Part shown: one piece after another, positions 21,691-29,608 of the stretch
Layout of the letters: each line of letters opens with the position of its first letter
Position numbering within the stretch: position 1 is the stretch's first letter
Assembly: GCF_055900595.2 (NCBI RefSeq)
Contig: NZ_CM148325.1
DNA length: 64,000 bases
Strand: one strand, 5' to 3'
Notes under the pieces: generated by a model
What the model saw: only the letters and a program-made list of their open reading frames with translations
What the model was told of the DNA's origin: nothing
Databases searched by the model: none
Position numbers and translations under genes: made by a program

Positions 21691-21942
21691 ATGAAAATCA
21701 GAAATATTCTCGCTATCTCCCTTGCAACATCATCCTTCAGTTGCCTGGCATTTAAACCCTCGCCCAATGTGCTACCAGGACCAACGAATCAACTAACTGC
21801 GGTAGAAAGTAAAATTATCGGACATTTTTATGCCCCACACAGTGCATTACCCGGAACAACCATCACAGGGACATGTGACGCCTCCCCCATTCCGGGATGC
21901 ACCTGTCCGTTTTGTACTATGCTGCGTAGCCAAAACCGATAA
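21691..21942 (+). CDS. small secreted cysteine-containing protein (hypothetical moron)
   Basis: Start MKIRNILAISLATSSFSCLA (signal-peptide-like) preceded by AGAGG RBS; mature part has CDASPIPGCTCPFC cluster; opposite strand to late operon. Confidence 0.5.
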   Translation: MKIRNILAISLATSSFSCLAFKPSPNVLPGPTNQLTAVESKIIGHFYAPHSALPGTTITGTCDASPIPGCTCPFCTMLRSQNR

Positions 21943-22306
21943 CATCCGCATTTACCTGGTATTCCATGATGAGTTCACGCAGCGACTGATAGAGTAAGGA
22001 AAGATGGTTAGCAAAAGCAAAGGCGCATTGCCGCCGCATGCTGCAGGCATTGCAACAGACGAGAGCAGGTATTTTTGACCAGTTGGAAAACTGCCAGCAT
22101 ACTTTGCCCGAGCATATCGCCATCTCATCGGAAACCAGTGCAACTCTTATTCATCGGGTTACACCAGAGAAAAAGAAGAAATGAACAGTGAGGCGTTGTG
22201 TGGCATACAACGCCTTCTTCCATCATTTCTCGTCAGCCATGACAAAAATATAACCGCTGGCTCTTTCATTTTTCTCCTGCTTCCAGCCCCTCTCTACCTG
22301 GAAGCA

Positions 22307-22633
22307 TCAGGGACGTGATGGCGTAAAGATAAATTGTCTCTTCACTCCCTGACGGGGACTATTCTTTTCAAATCTCCATTTCGCCATGGCCTTCACCACT
22401 TCATCACGAAACAAATTATGAGGCTCTGAGCGGAGAAAAACGATCCGTGTCACAGTCCCGTCAGCACCAATATCGAACTTAACCTCAACCAGCCCCTTGA
22501 TATAATTTGCTGCAGCATATTCCGGATATCGTGGATACACCGTCACTAATTGCCGGGGCTCATCAGCTTTTTGCTGCGAGCATCCCACTGCCAGGGCAGA
22601 TAACAGAAAAAGTAGTGAAAGGCGTCTTTTCAT
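22307..22633 (-). CDS. lipoprotein with TonB C-terminal-like domain
   Basis: Start MKRRLSLLFLLSALAVGCSQ (lipobox AVGC) with AGGA RBS; body YPEYAAANYIKGLVEVKFDIGADGTVTRIVFLRSEPHNLFRDEVVKAMAKWRFE aligns with host TonB C-terminus in this same window ([54 protein letters not shown]). Confidence 0.7.
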   Translation of the reverse strand: MKRRLSLLFLLSALAVGCSQQKADEPRQLVTVYPRYPEYAAANYIKGLVEVKFDIGADGTVTRIVFLRSEPHNLFRDEVVKAMAKWRFEKNSPRQGVKRQFIFTPSRP

Positions 22634-23265
22634 TTTTATTCCTACGGGTCTTATTCTGACAATATATCCTGTGTTCCAGACTGCCATATCACCACATCCT
22701 GTGCCATTATCTGACTCACATTACATACATCGCATCAGGATACAGTAGTAGCACTTTCTGTAATACAGCTTCCGGTTTCTTCCACCATCGCACCGGACTG
22801 GCGAGCATGAGGGACAAACCCGCGAACCATAAACGCGGTAAAAACCCGGTGTGCATCGTTTTTGATTATTCCCGCACACTCGCGCAGAAGGAGTTCCCCG
22901 TCGGGCTACGGTCATGGTTAATGCGGGAATACAGCGACGATACAGCGCATGATGTGTCAGGCTTGAATACCTTTATCCGTTAAAAGGGATATCAGTTAAG
23001 TTATCCCGTGTAGGGTATAAGCCATTATCAAAGCCACTCTGTAGGGAGTGGCTTTTGTAATGGCAATAAAAAAGCCCCGCGAATGCGAGGCTAAATCCAG
23101 GTATTTTTAATGACTGGCTCTTATCTCAACGCAGCCCCTTACCGCGCGCCAGATGCTCAATATCAAGCATCAGCAATGAGATGTTTAATCTGGATTCACT
23201 CCAGAAGTGATCACCACCCTGTCTACAGAGCCAGATGTGAAGGATGATGAGTAAAATTATCGCTA

Positions 23266-23748
23266 TCATCGAAGGCATTGCGTCCTGATGTATTCCTGAA
23301 GCGTTCTCAGTGCTGTCTGGTCGCGGATAATTCCGTCCCGGATACCGAGAACGTTTCGTCCAGCAACTGGAGAGAGTTCGACGGTGGCATCATTGCCCAT
23401 GCCGGAGGCGCTGGAGGTTTCGGCTGAGGATGGCACAGGGCATTTTCCTTTGACGAGCACCCTGCCACCATTATCAAGCTTGCGCCGAAGAGCATCATTT
23501 TCAGCTTTCGCATCAGCTAACTCCTTCGTGTATTTTGCATCGAGCGCAGCAACATCACGCTGACGCTGCTGCATGTCAGCGATGGTGGCGGTCGCCTGCT
23601 TCAGCTCACTGACTTTTTTATCACGTTGTTCTTTGTAGGCTATGGCGTTATCACGGTAATGATTGACCGCCAACGACAGGCAGACGATGATGCAGATAAC
23701 CAGAGCATAAATAATCGCGGCGACTCTGCTCACTGATCTATCCCCCAA
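23266..23748 (-). CDS. Rz: spanin inner-membrane subunit Rz
   Basis: N-terminal TM segment [28 protein letters not shown] and [24 protein letters not shown] match lambda Rz; start uncertain. Confidence 0.9.
   Translation of the reverse strand: MGDRSVSRVAAIIYALVICIIVCLSLAVNHYRDNAIAYKEQRDKKVSELKQATATIADMQQRQRDVAALDAKYTKELADAKAENDALRRKLDNGGRVLVKGKCPVPSSAETSSASGMGNDATVELSPVAGRNVLGIRDGIIRDQTALRTLQEYIRTQCLR
23307..23513 (-). CDS. Rz1: spanin outer-membrane lipoprotein Rz1 (embedded in Rz, +1 frame)
   Basis: [21 protein letters not shown] lipobox and Pro-rich [13 protein letters not shown], like lambda Rz1. Confidence 0.85.
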   Translation of the reverse strand: MRKLKMMLFGASLIMVAGCSSKENALCHPQPKPPAPPAWAMMPPSNSLQLLDETFSVSGTELSATRQH

Positions 23749-24263
23749 CAGGCTAATGCGCTTTCCTGGTCACGACGAATAACCTGTCCATAGCAGTTAT
23801 TTGAACGGATACGGCAGTCACGCCCACCATCCTTTATCCACCAGCGAATCGCCTCGCAGGCGCCTTTTCGATCACCGGCATTAAGCCGCTTATAAAACGT
23901 CGACGGGAAACACTTACCGGGGCCAATGTTATAGGGACAGAATGACGCAATACCCGCTTTCTGTGGTTCGGTCAGAGGTACTTTAATATTGCGCTCCACC
24001 CATGCCAGTGCCTTATCACGTTCAATAGCGTTAACCTGGTCGCATTTTTCCTTCGACAGCTTCATTCCGGGAAAAACGGGTTTTCCATCCACCATCGTGG
24101 CACCCCGACAGATGGTCCAGATGCCGGACCCATCGCGGTATGCCGTTGTGTGGTTACCCTCTTTTTCGTCCAGAAACTGATCAAGTATCTGAGGAGCAGA
24201 TGCGCCAGCACCAATCAGCGCCAGAACGGCAGCCGACAGGCCGTATCTGATTTTTGCGTTCAT
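23730..24263 (-). CDS. R: SAR endolysin (T4-lysozyme-like, GH24)
   Basis: N-terminal weakly hydrophobic Gly/Ala-rich segment [16 protein letters not shown]; catalytic E..D..T spacing ([24 protein letters not shown]). Confidence 0.85.
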   Translation of the reverse strand: MNAKIRYGLSAAVLALIGAGASAPQILDQFLDEKEGNHTTAYRDGSGIWTICRGATMVDGKPVFPGMKLSKEKCDQVNAIERDKALAWVERNIKVPLTEPQKAGIASFCPYNIGPGKCFPSTFYKRLNAGDRKGACEAIRWWIKDGGRDCRIRSNNCYGQVIRRDQESALACWGIDQ

Positions 24264-24386
24264 GTATATTTATCAGGATCTAAAGGTTTATAACCCTGGA
24301 TATATCAGGTATATAATCCAGTACCAGCATGTCTCATAAACATACCCGTTCAGGAAAACCAAACGACAACAGATGAGGCTTCAGAA

Positions 24387-24764
24387 ATGAACAGTAAAGA
24401 AAATTTGCGCAGTAGATTTTTGCAACTAATGACAGAAAAAGTTAAATCAGCGCTACTTCCACTTATGGTGGATAATAACGAAGCAACGAGCAGCATCCTT
24501 GCAGACCCTTACGGTAAACTCTCGCATAAAACGCTGGATATTATTATGAGTGCATTAACACCCCGTATGCTTCAACACCTGAAACAAGATATTAACGCAT
24601 GGGTGAATGAAGAATTGAGCCCCCCCTGTTCATGGGACAGACATTATGCATGGCAGCAAAAAATGAGGATTTTCAATTCATTATCACTAAAGTTCAGAGA
24701 ACCGAAACAGCGTCCCTTCCCTCTGGAATCAGACAAAAAACAACCTGATCCCACAGGCCCGTAA
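24387..24764 (+). CDS. hypothetical protein inserted between holin and endolysin on the opposite strand
   Basis: 125-aa ORF; position analogous to ydfR between essQ and rrrQ in the K-12 Qin prophage (sequence similarity not verified). Confidence 0.5.
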   Translation: MNSKENLRSRFLQLMTEKVKSALLPLMVDNNEATSSILADPYGKLSHKTLDIIMSALTPRMLQHLKQDINAWVNEELSPPCSWDRHYAWQQKMRIFNSLSLKFREPKQRPFPLESDKKQPDPTGP

Positions 24765-24920
24765 TATTTTGAATACCGTGATTATTGATATCACAATGAA
24801 AGCTATTCCGCACAGTTATGCCCTGCTCCCCACGGGGCATGCCTCATGAAACGTTCCGGGCGTTTCATGTTCCCGGATTTTGTTAAAAGGTATATTATCC
24901 CCTCACTCCCGGGATATTCG

Positions 24921-25193
24921 TCATATTTCTTTTGGTGCCTTTTTCGCAATCTCAGCCACAGCATGTGCCGTAGCCGGAACATTACCGGCATTAGTTCGTT
25001 CCAGAATTTCGAGCAATATGCGGGTTCGTTTTTCCTGCTCCCGTTTGTTAAGGCGATAAGTAAGAACGCCAAGAATGATACTGAACGCCACGCCGATAAT
25101 AAATCCCCAATCCTGCAGTGACAGGCTGGCAAAGAACGCAACAAGTCCTGCGCTGCCGTATGCAGCGTTACTGTATCGTTCGTCCATTCTCAT
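24921..25193 (-). CDS. S: class II holin (phage-21 S-like pinholin) with dual-start motif
   Basis: Starts MRMDERY (Met1-Arg-Met3); two TM segments (GLVAFFASL / GFIIGVAFSIILGVLTY); charged C-terminus; paired with a SAR endolysin. Confidence 0.8.
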   Translation of the reverse strand: MRMDERYSNAAYGSAGLVAFFASLSLQDWGFIIGVAFSIILGVLTYRLNKREQEKRTRILLEILERTNAGNVPATAHAVAEIAKKAPKEI

Positions 25194-25529
25194 AGTCCCT
25201 CACCTCCGCCATCCGACATTACGGACGGCAGCAAGTCAGAATCTCGTTATAAAAAAGCCGCACGAAGAGGCTGTTTGTTCAGGTATTTTATCCAGTGCGC
25301 CGTAAAACCCCGACCTTCAGGGTGTGGAGGATGTCAACATCAATAACTGACATTCTGCCCAAAGCTCCCGAAGATTCCCTTTGCACAATTTCACTGACCG
25401 GATCTCAGCACAAGCCACAGGGAATGGTCAGTGTGACGCTCTCTGTGGCCCCTCCTGAAAAGCCCTGTGGTTTAATCGCGACGGACCTGGCGCGGATATG
25501 AAGCAGGCCGTGAGCACGAGCCTGGAAAT

Positions 25530-25608
25530 TTAGTGCCGACTACCGGAATTGAAGTGGTGGCCTGATGGTTACAACTAAACTGTTCTGCCGACTGAGGTAA
25601 GTCGGCAC
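25530..25608 (-). other. tRNA-like element, degenerate (possible pseudo-tRNA)
   Basis: Starts directly after the CCA of the adjacent tRNA; ends are inverted complements (GTGCCGAC...GTCGGCAC) but no canonical T-arm or D-arm could be folded by eye. Confidence 0.3.
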
Positions 25609-25685
25609 TGGACCGCCACCGGGGACTCGAACCTCGCACACTCAACTTAAAGGGTTGACGCTCTTTCCTGATGAGCTAGTGGCGG
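25609..25685 (-). tRNA. tRNA, identity uncertain (anticodon loop CCUUUAA)
   Basis: Acceptor CCGCCAC/GTGGCGG, D-arm GCTC..GAGC, anticodon stem TCAAC/GTTGA, T-loop TTCGAGT, 3' CCA encoded; position 33 is C rather than U. Confidence 0.65.
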
Positions 25686-25687
25686 TT

Positions 25688-25762
25688 GGTGGCCCTTGCT
25701 GGATTTGAACCAGCGACCTGGCGATTATGAGTCGCTCGCTCTCACCACTGAGCTAAAGGGCC
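25688..25762 (-). tRNA. ileZ: tRNA-Ile2 (CAU anticodon; ileX/ileZ-like)
   Basis: Reverse complement GGCCCTTTAGCTCAGTGGTGAGAGCGAGCGACTCATAATCGCCAGGTCGCTGGTTCAAATCCAGCAAGGGCCACCA is a near-match to E. coli ileX; T-arm GCTGG-TTCAAAT-CCAGC. Confidence 0.85.
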
Positions 25763-25880
25763 GGGCGCAGGATAATAACGTTACGAAATCAATGTTGCAA
25801 GCATTCAAAAATCACCTGGTTAAAAATCACCCTTAGCTCCTCCACCAGCGCATTCACCATGTCTATCCGAGATAAGTGGC

Positions 25881-25908
25881 ACAAAAAAACCCGCTTGTGG
25901 GCGGGTTT
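25881..25908 (-). terminator. tR'-like intrinsic terminator downstream of late promoter
   Basis: Minus strand AACCCGCCCACAAGCGGGTT hairpin followed by a T-run. Confidence 0.75.
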
Positions 25909-25952
25909 TGTTTGCTTTTGCCATCACGTACAAAATCGGCAAAATATCAGAT

Positions 25953-25989
25953 TTGCATGAAATATATGCCTTTCAATCTACTTTTGCAA
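25953..25989 (-). promoter_or_regulatory. late promoter pR'-like (sigma70)
   Basis: Minus strand TTGCAA (-35; 25984-25989), 17-bp spacer, TATATT (-10; 25961-25966), just downstream of Q. Confidence 0.6.
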
Positions 25990-26668
25990 CACTTTGCTTT
26001 GAAAATGCCGCCTTTTGTTTTGAACGTGTTCTCATTACAAACAATAAAGCCTCACTATCCAGTCGTTGAAAAATGTGTTTCATTGCAACCCAGTGACGAG
26101 TAAATGTTTTGGACCAGTTTTTAGTTGTCACTCCCGCCAGTAATGCCAGCTCCTGGTATTCATAACCTTCCCCACCAAAAAGTTCTGCTTTTACTGCCTG
26201 CGCCGCCAGCCAGATTAATTTTTTCAGGCGTTCCTGCGTTTTCCCTGCAATTTTTCTGGTACCTGATTGAGTATTAAATTCATTCCACGCCCACTGTGTT
26301 ATCGCGATCTGATATTCCCAACAAATACTCCCGCTGTAACTCCACAACAACCAGGCTTTATGATGTTCTTCAAGAGACAGAACAGCCCGCCGCCACGATG
26401 ATGTCGAAAACTCAACCGGGCTGACCAGGGCAATTGATGAGCCTTTCGCCAGTGATTGTTTTCCCGGGATTGGTGGATTATCCCGCGTAATCATTTTTCC
26501 GGTCACTTCATCTCGGTACCGGATTTTTTTACGCCTGTAACGCCCTGTATCGAACATGGCATTCTCCTGCCAGGCTTCAAGCTGACCTTTTGTTGCCCCA
26601 CTCAAATCAGCGGTGGCGATAATGAGCTCCTCACGCACAAACTGTAAATACTGGTTATTCATGCGCAC
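25973..26668 (-). CDS. Q: late antiterminator Q-like protein
   Basis: 231-aa ORF immediately upstream of pR'/tR' and downstream of rusA; canonical Q position. Confidence 0.7.
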   Translation of the reverse strand: MRMNNQYLQFVREELIIATADLSGATKGQLEAWQENAMFDTGRYRRKKIRYRDEVTGKMITRDNPPIPGKQSLAKGSSIALVSPVEFSTSSWRRAVLSLEEHHKAWLLWSYSGSICWEYQIAITQWAWNEFNTQSGTRKIAGKTQERLKKLIWLAAQAVKAELFGGEGYEYQELALLAGVTTKNWSKTFTRHWVAMKHIFQRLDSEALLFVMRTRSKQKAAFSKQSVAKVD

Positions 26669-27024
26669 TCCAGTTCTGTGATTTTTATCCCCAGCCGCCC
26701 ACCAGGAACGAGCTGACCGCGCACAATATTGATTTCATCAAACTGCTCGTCGTCTATGATAAGTCCGGCATGCGTCAGCGCATCCAGTGGTGCTTTCAGG
26801 ATATTGTCCAAGTCACGACGGCGCTTATCCGGTGGCTCTGCAATAATCTTTATCGCCAGCCTTCCGGACAGGTTTAATTTCAGCCGCTGCTGGCGAACAA
26901 TTAGCGCCACATCACGGCGATAACGCTTTCCGGCCTCCGAGATGAAATACGTATTGCCATGACGTCGCCAGTAGGTATTCACCGTCGGCGGGTAAGGCAA
27001 AACAAATTCTATGCGTTCAGTCAT
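26659..27024 (-). CDS. rusA: Holliday junction resolvase RusA
   Basis: 121-aa ORF; motif PDKRRRDLDNILKAPLDALTHAG and C-terminal GGRLGIKITE match RusA. Confidence 0.9.
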   Translation of the reverse strand: MTERIEFVLPYPPTVNTYWRRHGNTYFISEAGKRYRRDVALIVRQQRLKLNLSGRLAIKIIAEPPDKRRRDLDNILKAPLDALTHAGLIIDDEQFDEINIVRGQLVPGGRLGIKITELECA

Positions 27025-28083
27025 TCATGCTTTCCACTTCAGGACACCCGAATTTCTCGCGTGCATTAAAAAACGAATCAGCAACAACAGCTGGCTGCCG
27101 TGTTTTTCTTCAAAATCTTTTACCCCGGCGTGCAGTTCGTTATGACATTTACGGCACAGCGGAATAACAAACAAATCATCAGCCTTTGTTCCCATCCCTC
27201 CCAGTCCATGATCAATGATGTGATGCGGATCATCTGCCTGATTACCGCACGTCATGCATTTCTGCGTTTTTACCCAGCGCGTGTATACAGGCATCTCTTC
27301 CCGTTGTGGTTTCTTGCGCTGGAGATATTGGGCCGGAGAATCCGGATCCACGACAATGCTGACCACCGTCTTTTCCTGTGGTGGGTTCTGTTGATGGTGA
27401 GCGTGAGGTGGTAGCGCAATATTTTTTGTGCGCTGCTTCAGTATGCTGGTGGCGGTCTGCTCTCCCGGTATGATGTCGCTTTCGCGGCACACCGAGCGGA
27501 TTTTTTCCGCACGTAACCCCAGCGAACGACGTAATACTGCCTCCGGAAGCGCGTCCGCCACCTGATTGCAGACCGCCCACCAGGACAATTCTGCCAGCGA
27601 TAATTCCCGCTCCTGCGTGCCATTCATTGCATGGCGTATGACGTCAATCATCCATGCTGACAGGTTTTGACAGGCAAGTTGCCCGAGTGATTCGGATGTC
27701 TGGTCACGCAGCTGGTTGTCGCAGTGCCAGCACAACACCATTGCGCCTGCACCATAACGATGTATAACGATTTCACTATGGTGATAATCGCCGTGTGGCC
27801 ACTGGCAGGATTTAACATTGCGTAACAGCCAGTCAGACAGCGCACCAGCACCACCAGCAGCACGAATCACCCGTTCGTTACTGAAAAATGGCAGTAATGA
27901 GTTATCTTCCGCCAGCGGCTGGCGGACTGCAGGAACGACCCCGGACGGCAGATTACGCATGCTTTTCGGTTCCGGCTCCACCAGTACACGCCCCTGCATA
28001 AACAAAGGCATCGCATCAGGACCGGGCCTGAAAAGTACAATCCCCAGACGGTGAGCAATTTCAGGAGTCACTAATACCCTCAC
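27025..28083 (-). CDS. DUF968-like protein with C-terminal HNH/zinc-ribbon-like motif
   Basis: ORF 27025..28179; likely GTG start at 28083 after GGAGG RBS; C-terminus CMTCGNQADDPHHIIDHG...CRKCHNELHAG. Confidence 0.6.
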   Translation of the reverse strand: MRVLVTPEIAHRLGIVLFRPGPDAMPLFMQGRVLVEPEPKSMRNLPSGVVPAVRQPLAEDNSLLPFFSNERVIRAAGGAGALSDWLLRNVKSCQWPHGDYHHSEIVIHRYGAGAMVLCWHCDNQLRDQTSESLGQLACQNLSAWMIDVIRHAMNGTQERELSLAELSWWAVCNQVADALPEAVLRRSLGLRAEKIRSVCRESDIIPGEQTATSILKQRTKNIALPPHAHHQQNPPQEKTVVSIVVDPDSPAQYLQRKKPQREEMPVYTRWVKTQKCMTCGNQADDPHHIIDHGLGGMGTKADDLFVIPLCRKCHNELHAGVKDFEEKHGSQLLLLIRFLMHARNSGVLKWKA

Positions 28084-28084
28084 G

Positions 28085-28363
28085 TTACCTCCAGATCCGT
28101 TGCTGGTACGTGCGGGATGGACGCGGTGGGCGTTCGGAATAAGGGAGCCTGACGGAGATGATCCAGTACAGGCGGTCAAGGCTTAGGTCTTTCTGAAACT
28201 CGTAACCACGTCTGCGGTAGTTCTGAATTAGCCACTCTGCCTGTTCTTCAGTACATGGATCATGCCGGAACCAGTCAGATTTGAATGCGTGTGAATACTG
28301 CCCGTGCGTGCAGGCAAGAACGGGCGAATTATCAGAATTGTAATATTTTACGTTGCGTGCCAT
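28085..28363 (-). CDS. hypothetical nin-region protein
   Basis: 92-aa ORF; stop abuts the next start (TAACGTG). Confidence 0.5.
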   Translation of the reverse strand: MARNVKYYNSDNSPVLACTHGQYSHAFKSDWFRHDPCTEEQAEWLIQNYRRRGYEFQKDLSLDRLYWIISVRLPYSERPPRPSRTYQQRIWR

Positions 28364-28507
28364 CGGTTTTCTCCGGTGGCACGGTGTTACTCAGCGGGAG
28401 TTCAGCCCCGCGCAAGATTGTAGATGAGTTTATTCTTCTGAAAAAGCAGAAAAGCCAGCTTTTATTCCGATCTCTTTCAATGCCTGTAATGAAGTGACAA
28501 ACTCACC

Positions 28508-28680
28508 TTAGCGCAAGATAAATCCGTCCGTCACTCGGGCATCCACAAAATTAATTAACGCAGCCCCATTTTTTTGCAAACACACAATGCGGTAATGACT
28601 AACAATATTTCCATTTTCAACGCACACAGCATAGAGGCCATCTTCACAAAAAATTTTACGCAGTTCTTCGATGTTCATCA
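28508..28680 (-). CDS. hypothetical small protein (57 aa)
   Basis: Hand-translated: MMNIEELRKIFCEDGLYAVCVENGNIVSHYRIVCLQKNGAALINFVDARVTDGFILR; below the ORF-track size cutoff. Confidence 0.4.
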
Positions 28681-28795
28681 TCAGAATCCTTCCGGATAAT
28701 TAGCTCTCCCCTTTAAGGGACCATCCCTCTTATCCCTGCGCGCTACTTAAGTATTTTTGATTCTATTCCGGCACCGTCCAGAACTTCAAACGTGT

Positions 28796-28829
28796 TAAAA
28801 ATAAAAACAAAAACCCGCCGAAGCGGGTT
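28796..28829 (-). terminator. intrinsic terminator downstream of hok
   Basis: AACCCGCTTCGGCGGGTT hairpin followed by T-rich run on the minus strand. Confidence 0.75.
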
Positions 28830-28897
28830 AAGTGTGGGTGCATTGAGGATGCCTGACTCATCAGAGGTGGCGAGGGATTTCTCCCTCGCCTGGTCTC

Positions 28898-29053
28898 TTA
28901 CTCCTCAGGTTCGTAAGCTGTGAAGACAGCGACCTCCGTCTGGCCGGTTCGGATTCGTACCTCGCAGAGGTCTTTCCTCGTTACCAGTGCCGTCACAATG
29001 ACGGTAATACAGATGACGATCAGGGCGACTAACATCGCCTTTTGCTGCTTCAT
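28898..29053 (-). CDS. hok: Hok/Gef-family type I toxin (in-frame upstream extension to 29110 is mok-like)
   Basis: MKQQKAMLVALIVICITVIVTALVTRKDLCEVRIRTGQTEVAVFTAYEPEE resembles Hok (single TM, conserved C...EVA.F.AYE); inverted repeat GGCGAGGGATTTCTCCCTCGCC in the 3' region. Confidence 0.85.
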   Translation of the reverse strand: MKQQKAMLVALIVICITVIVTALVTRKDLCEVRIRTGQTEVAVFTAYEPEE

Positions 29054-29264
29054 AGCCTGCTTCTCCTTGCCTTTCGGCACGTAAGAGGCTAACCTAGATT
29101 TGCCGTTCATAGATTGAGCCTCAGATTAATGTTAAGCGTCTTGCCGGACGCGTAATGTTAACTGGGGCTTTTCTCTATCTGCCTTTTGGGGTTCATGCCT
29201 GAGACAGATAGCCTCAAGCACCCGCTGCAATTCTACTTAACTCTCCTTTTCCCGCAAACCGTTT

Positions 29265-29348
29265 TTATCCCCAGCGGCAAATCGAATACACCACCAGCGC
29301 CACCGCCATCGCAATTCCTACCGTTGTGAATGCTTCAGGCCAGCTCAT
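29265..29348 (-). CDS. small hydrophobic peptide (27 aa), start overlaps upstream stop (TAATG)
   Basis: Hand-translated: MSWPEAFTTVGIAMAVALVVYSICRWG; single predicted TM helix. Confidence 0.3.
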   Translation of the reverse strand: MSWPEAFTTVGIAMAVALVVYSICRWG

Positions 29349-29608
29349 TATCTCACCTCCAGTCTCCATACCGCCTGACCAATCCGGCTGGCATGGGTAT
29401 CTTTGGATACTGTTCCGTCTTTAGCCATCTCCATAAGAATTTTGCGCAAATCTGCCGAACGCCATTCTTCATCAGGAAATTCCTTCTCCATTGCCAACCG
29501 CAGATTCCAGGTTGCCATCCTGAATGGATATTCCCCGCCGAGAGCTTTATCTTGCAGGGCAGCCCGGGAACGCATCACCTGCAAAACCTTCTCTTTTACA
29601 TTCATCAT
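29348..29608 (-). CDS. hypothetical phage protein
   Basis: 86-aa ORF in a co-directional gene string. Confidence 0.5.
   Translation of the reverse strand: MMNVKEKVLQVMRSRAALQDKALGGEYPFRMATWNLRLAMEKEFPDEEWRSADLRKILMEMAKDGTVSKDTHASRIGQAVWRLEVR

Noticed and set aside
24803-25144. 113-aa minus-strand ORF overlapping the holin
   Set aside because: Alternative frame of the holin gene; the holin frame has the dual-start motif and TM segments, this one does not.
25763-25972. Possible Shiga-toxin (stx) locus, given the Q-tRNA-lysis architecture
   Set aside because: Only ~330 bp separate the tRNA cluster from the holin and no stxA/stxB-like frames are present; this is a non-Stx lambdoid prophage.
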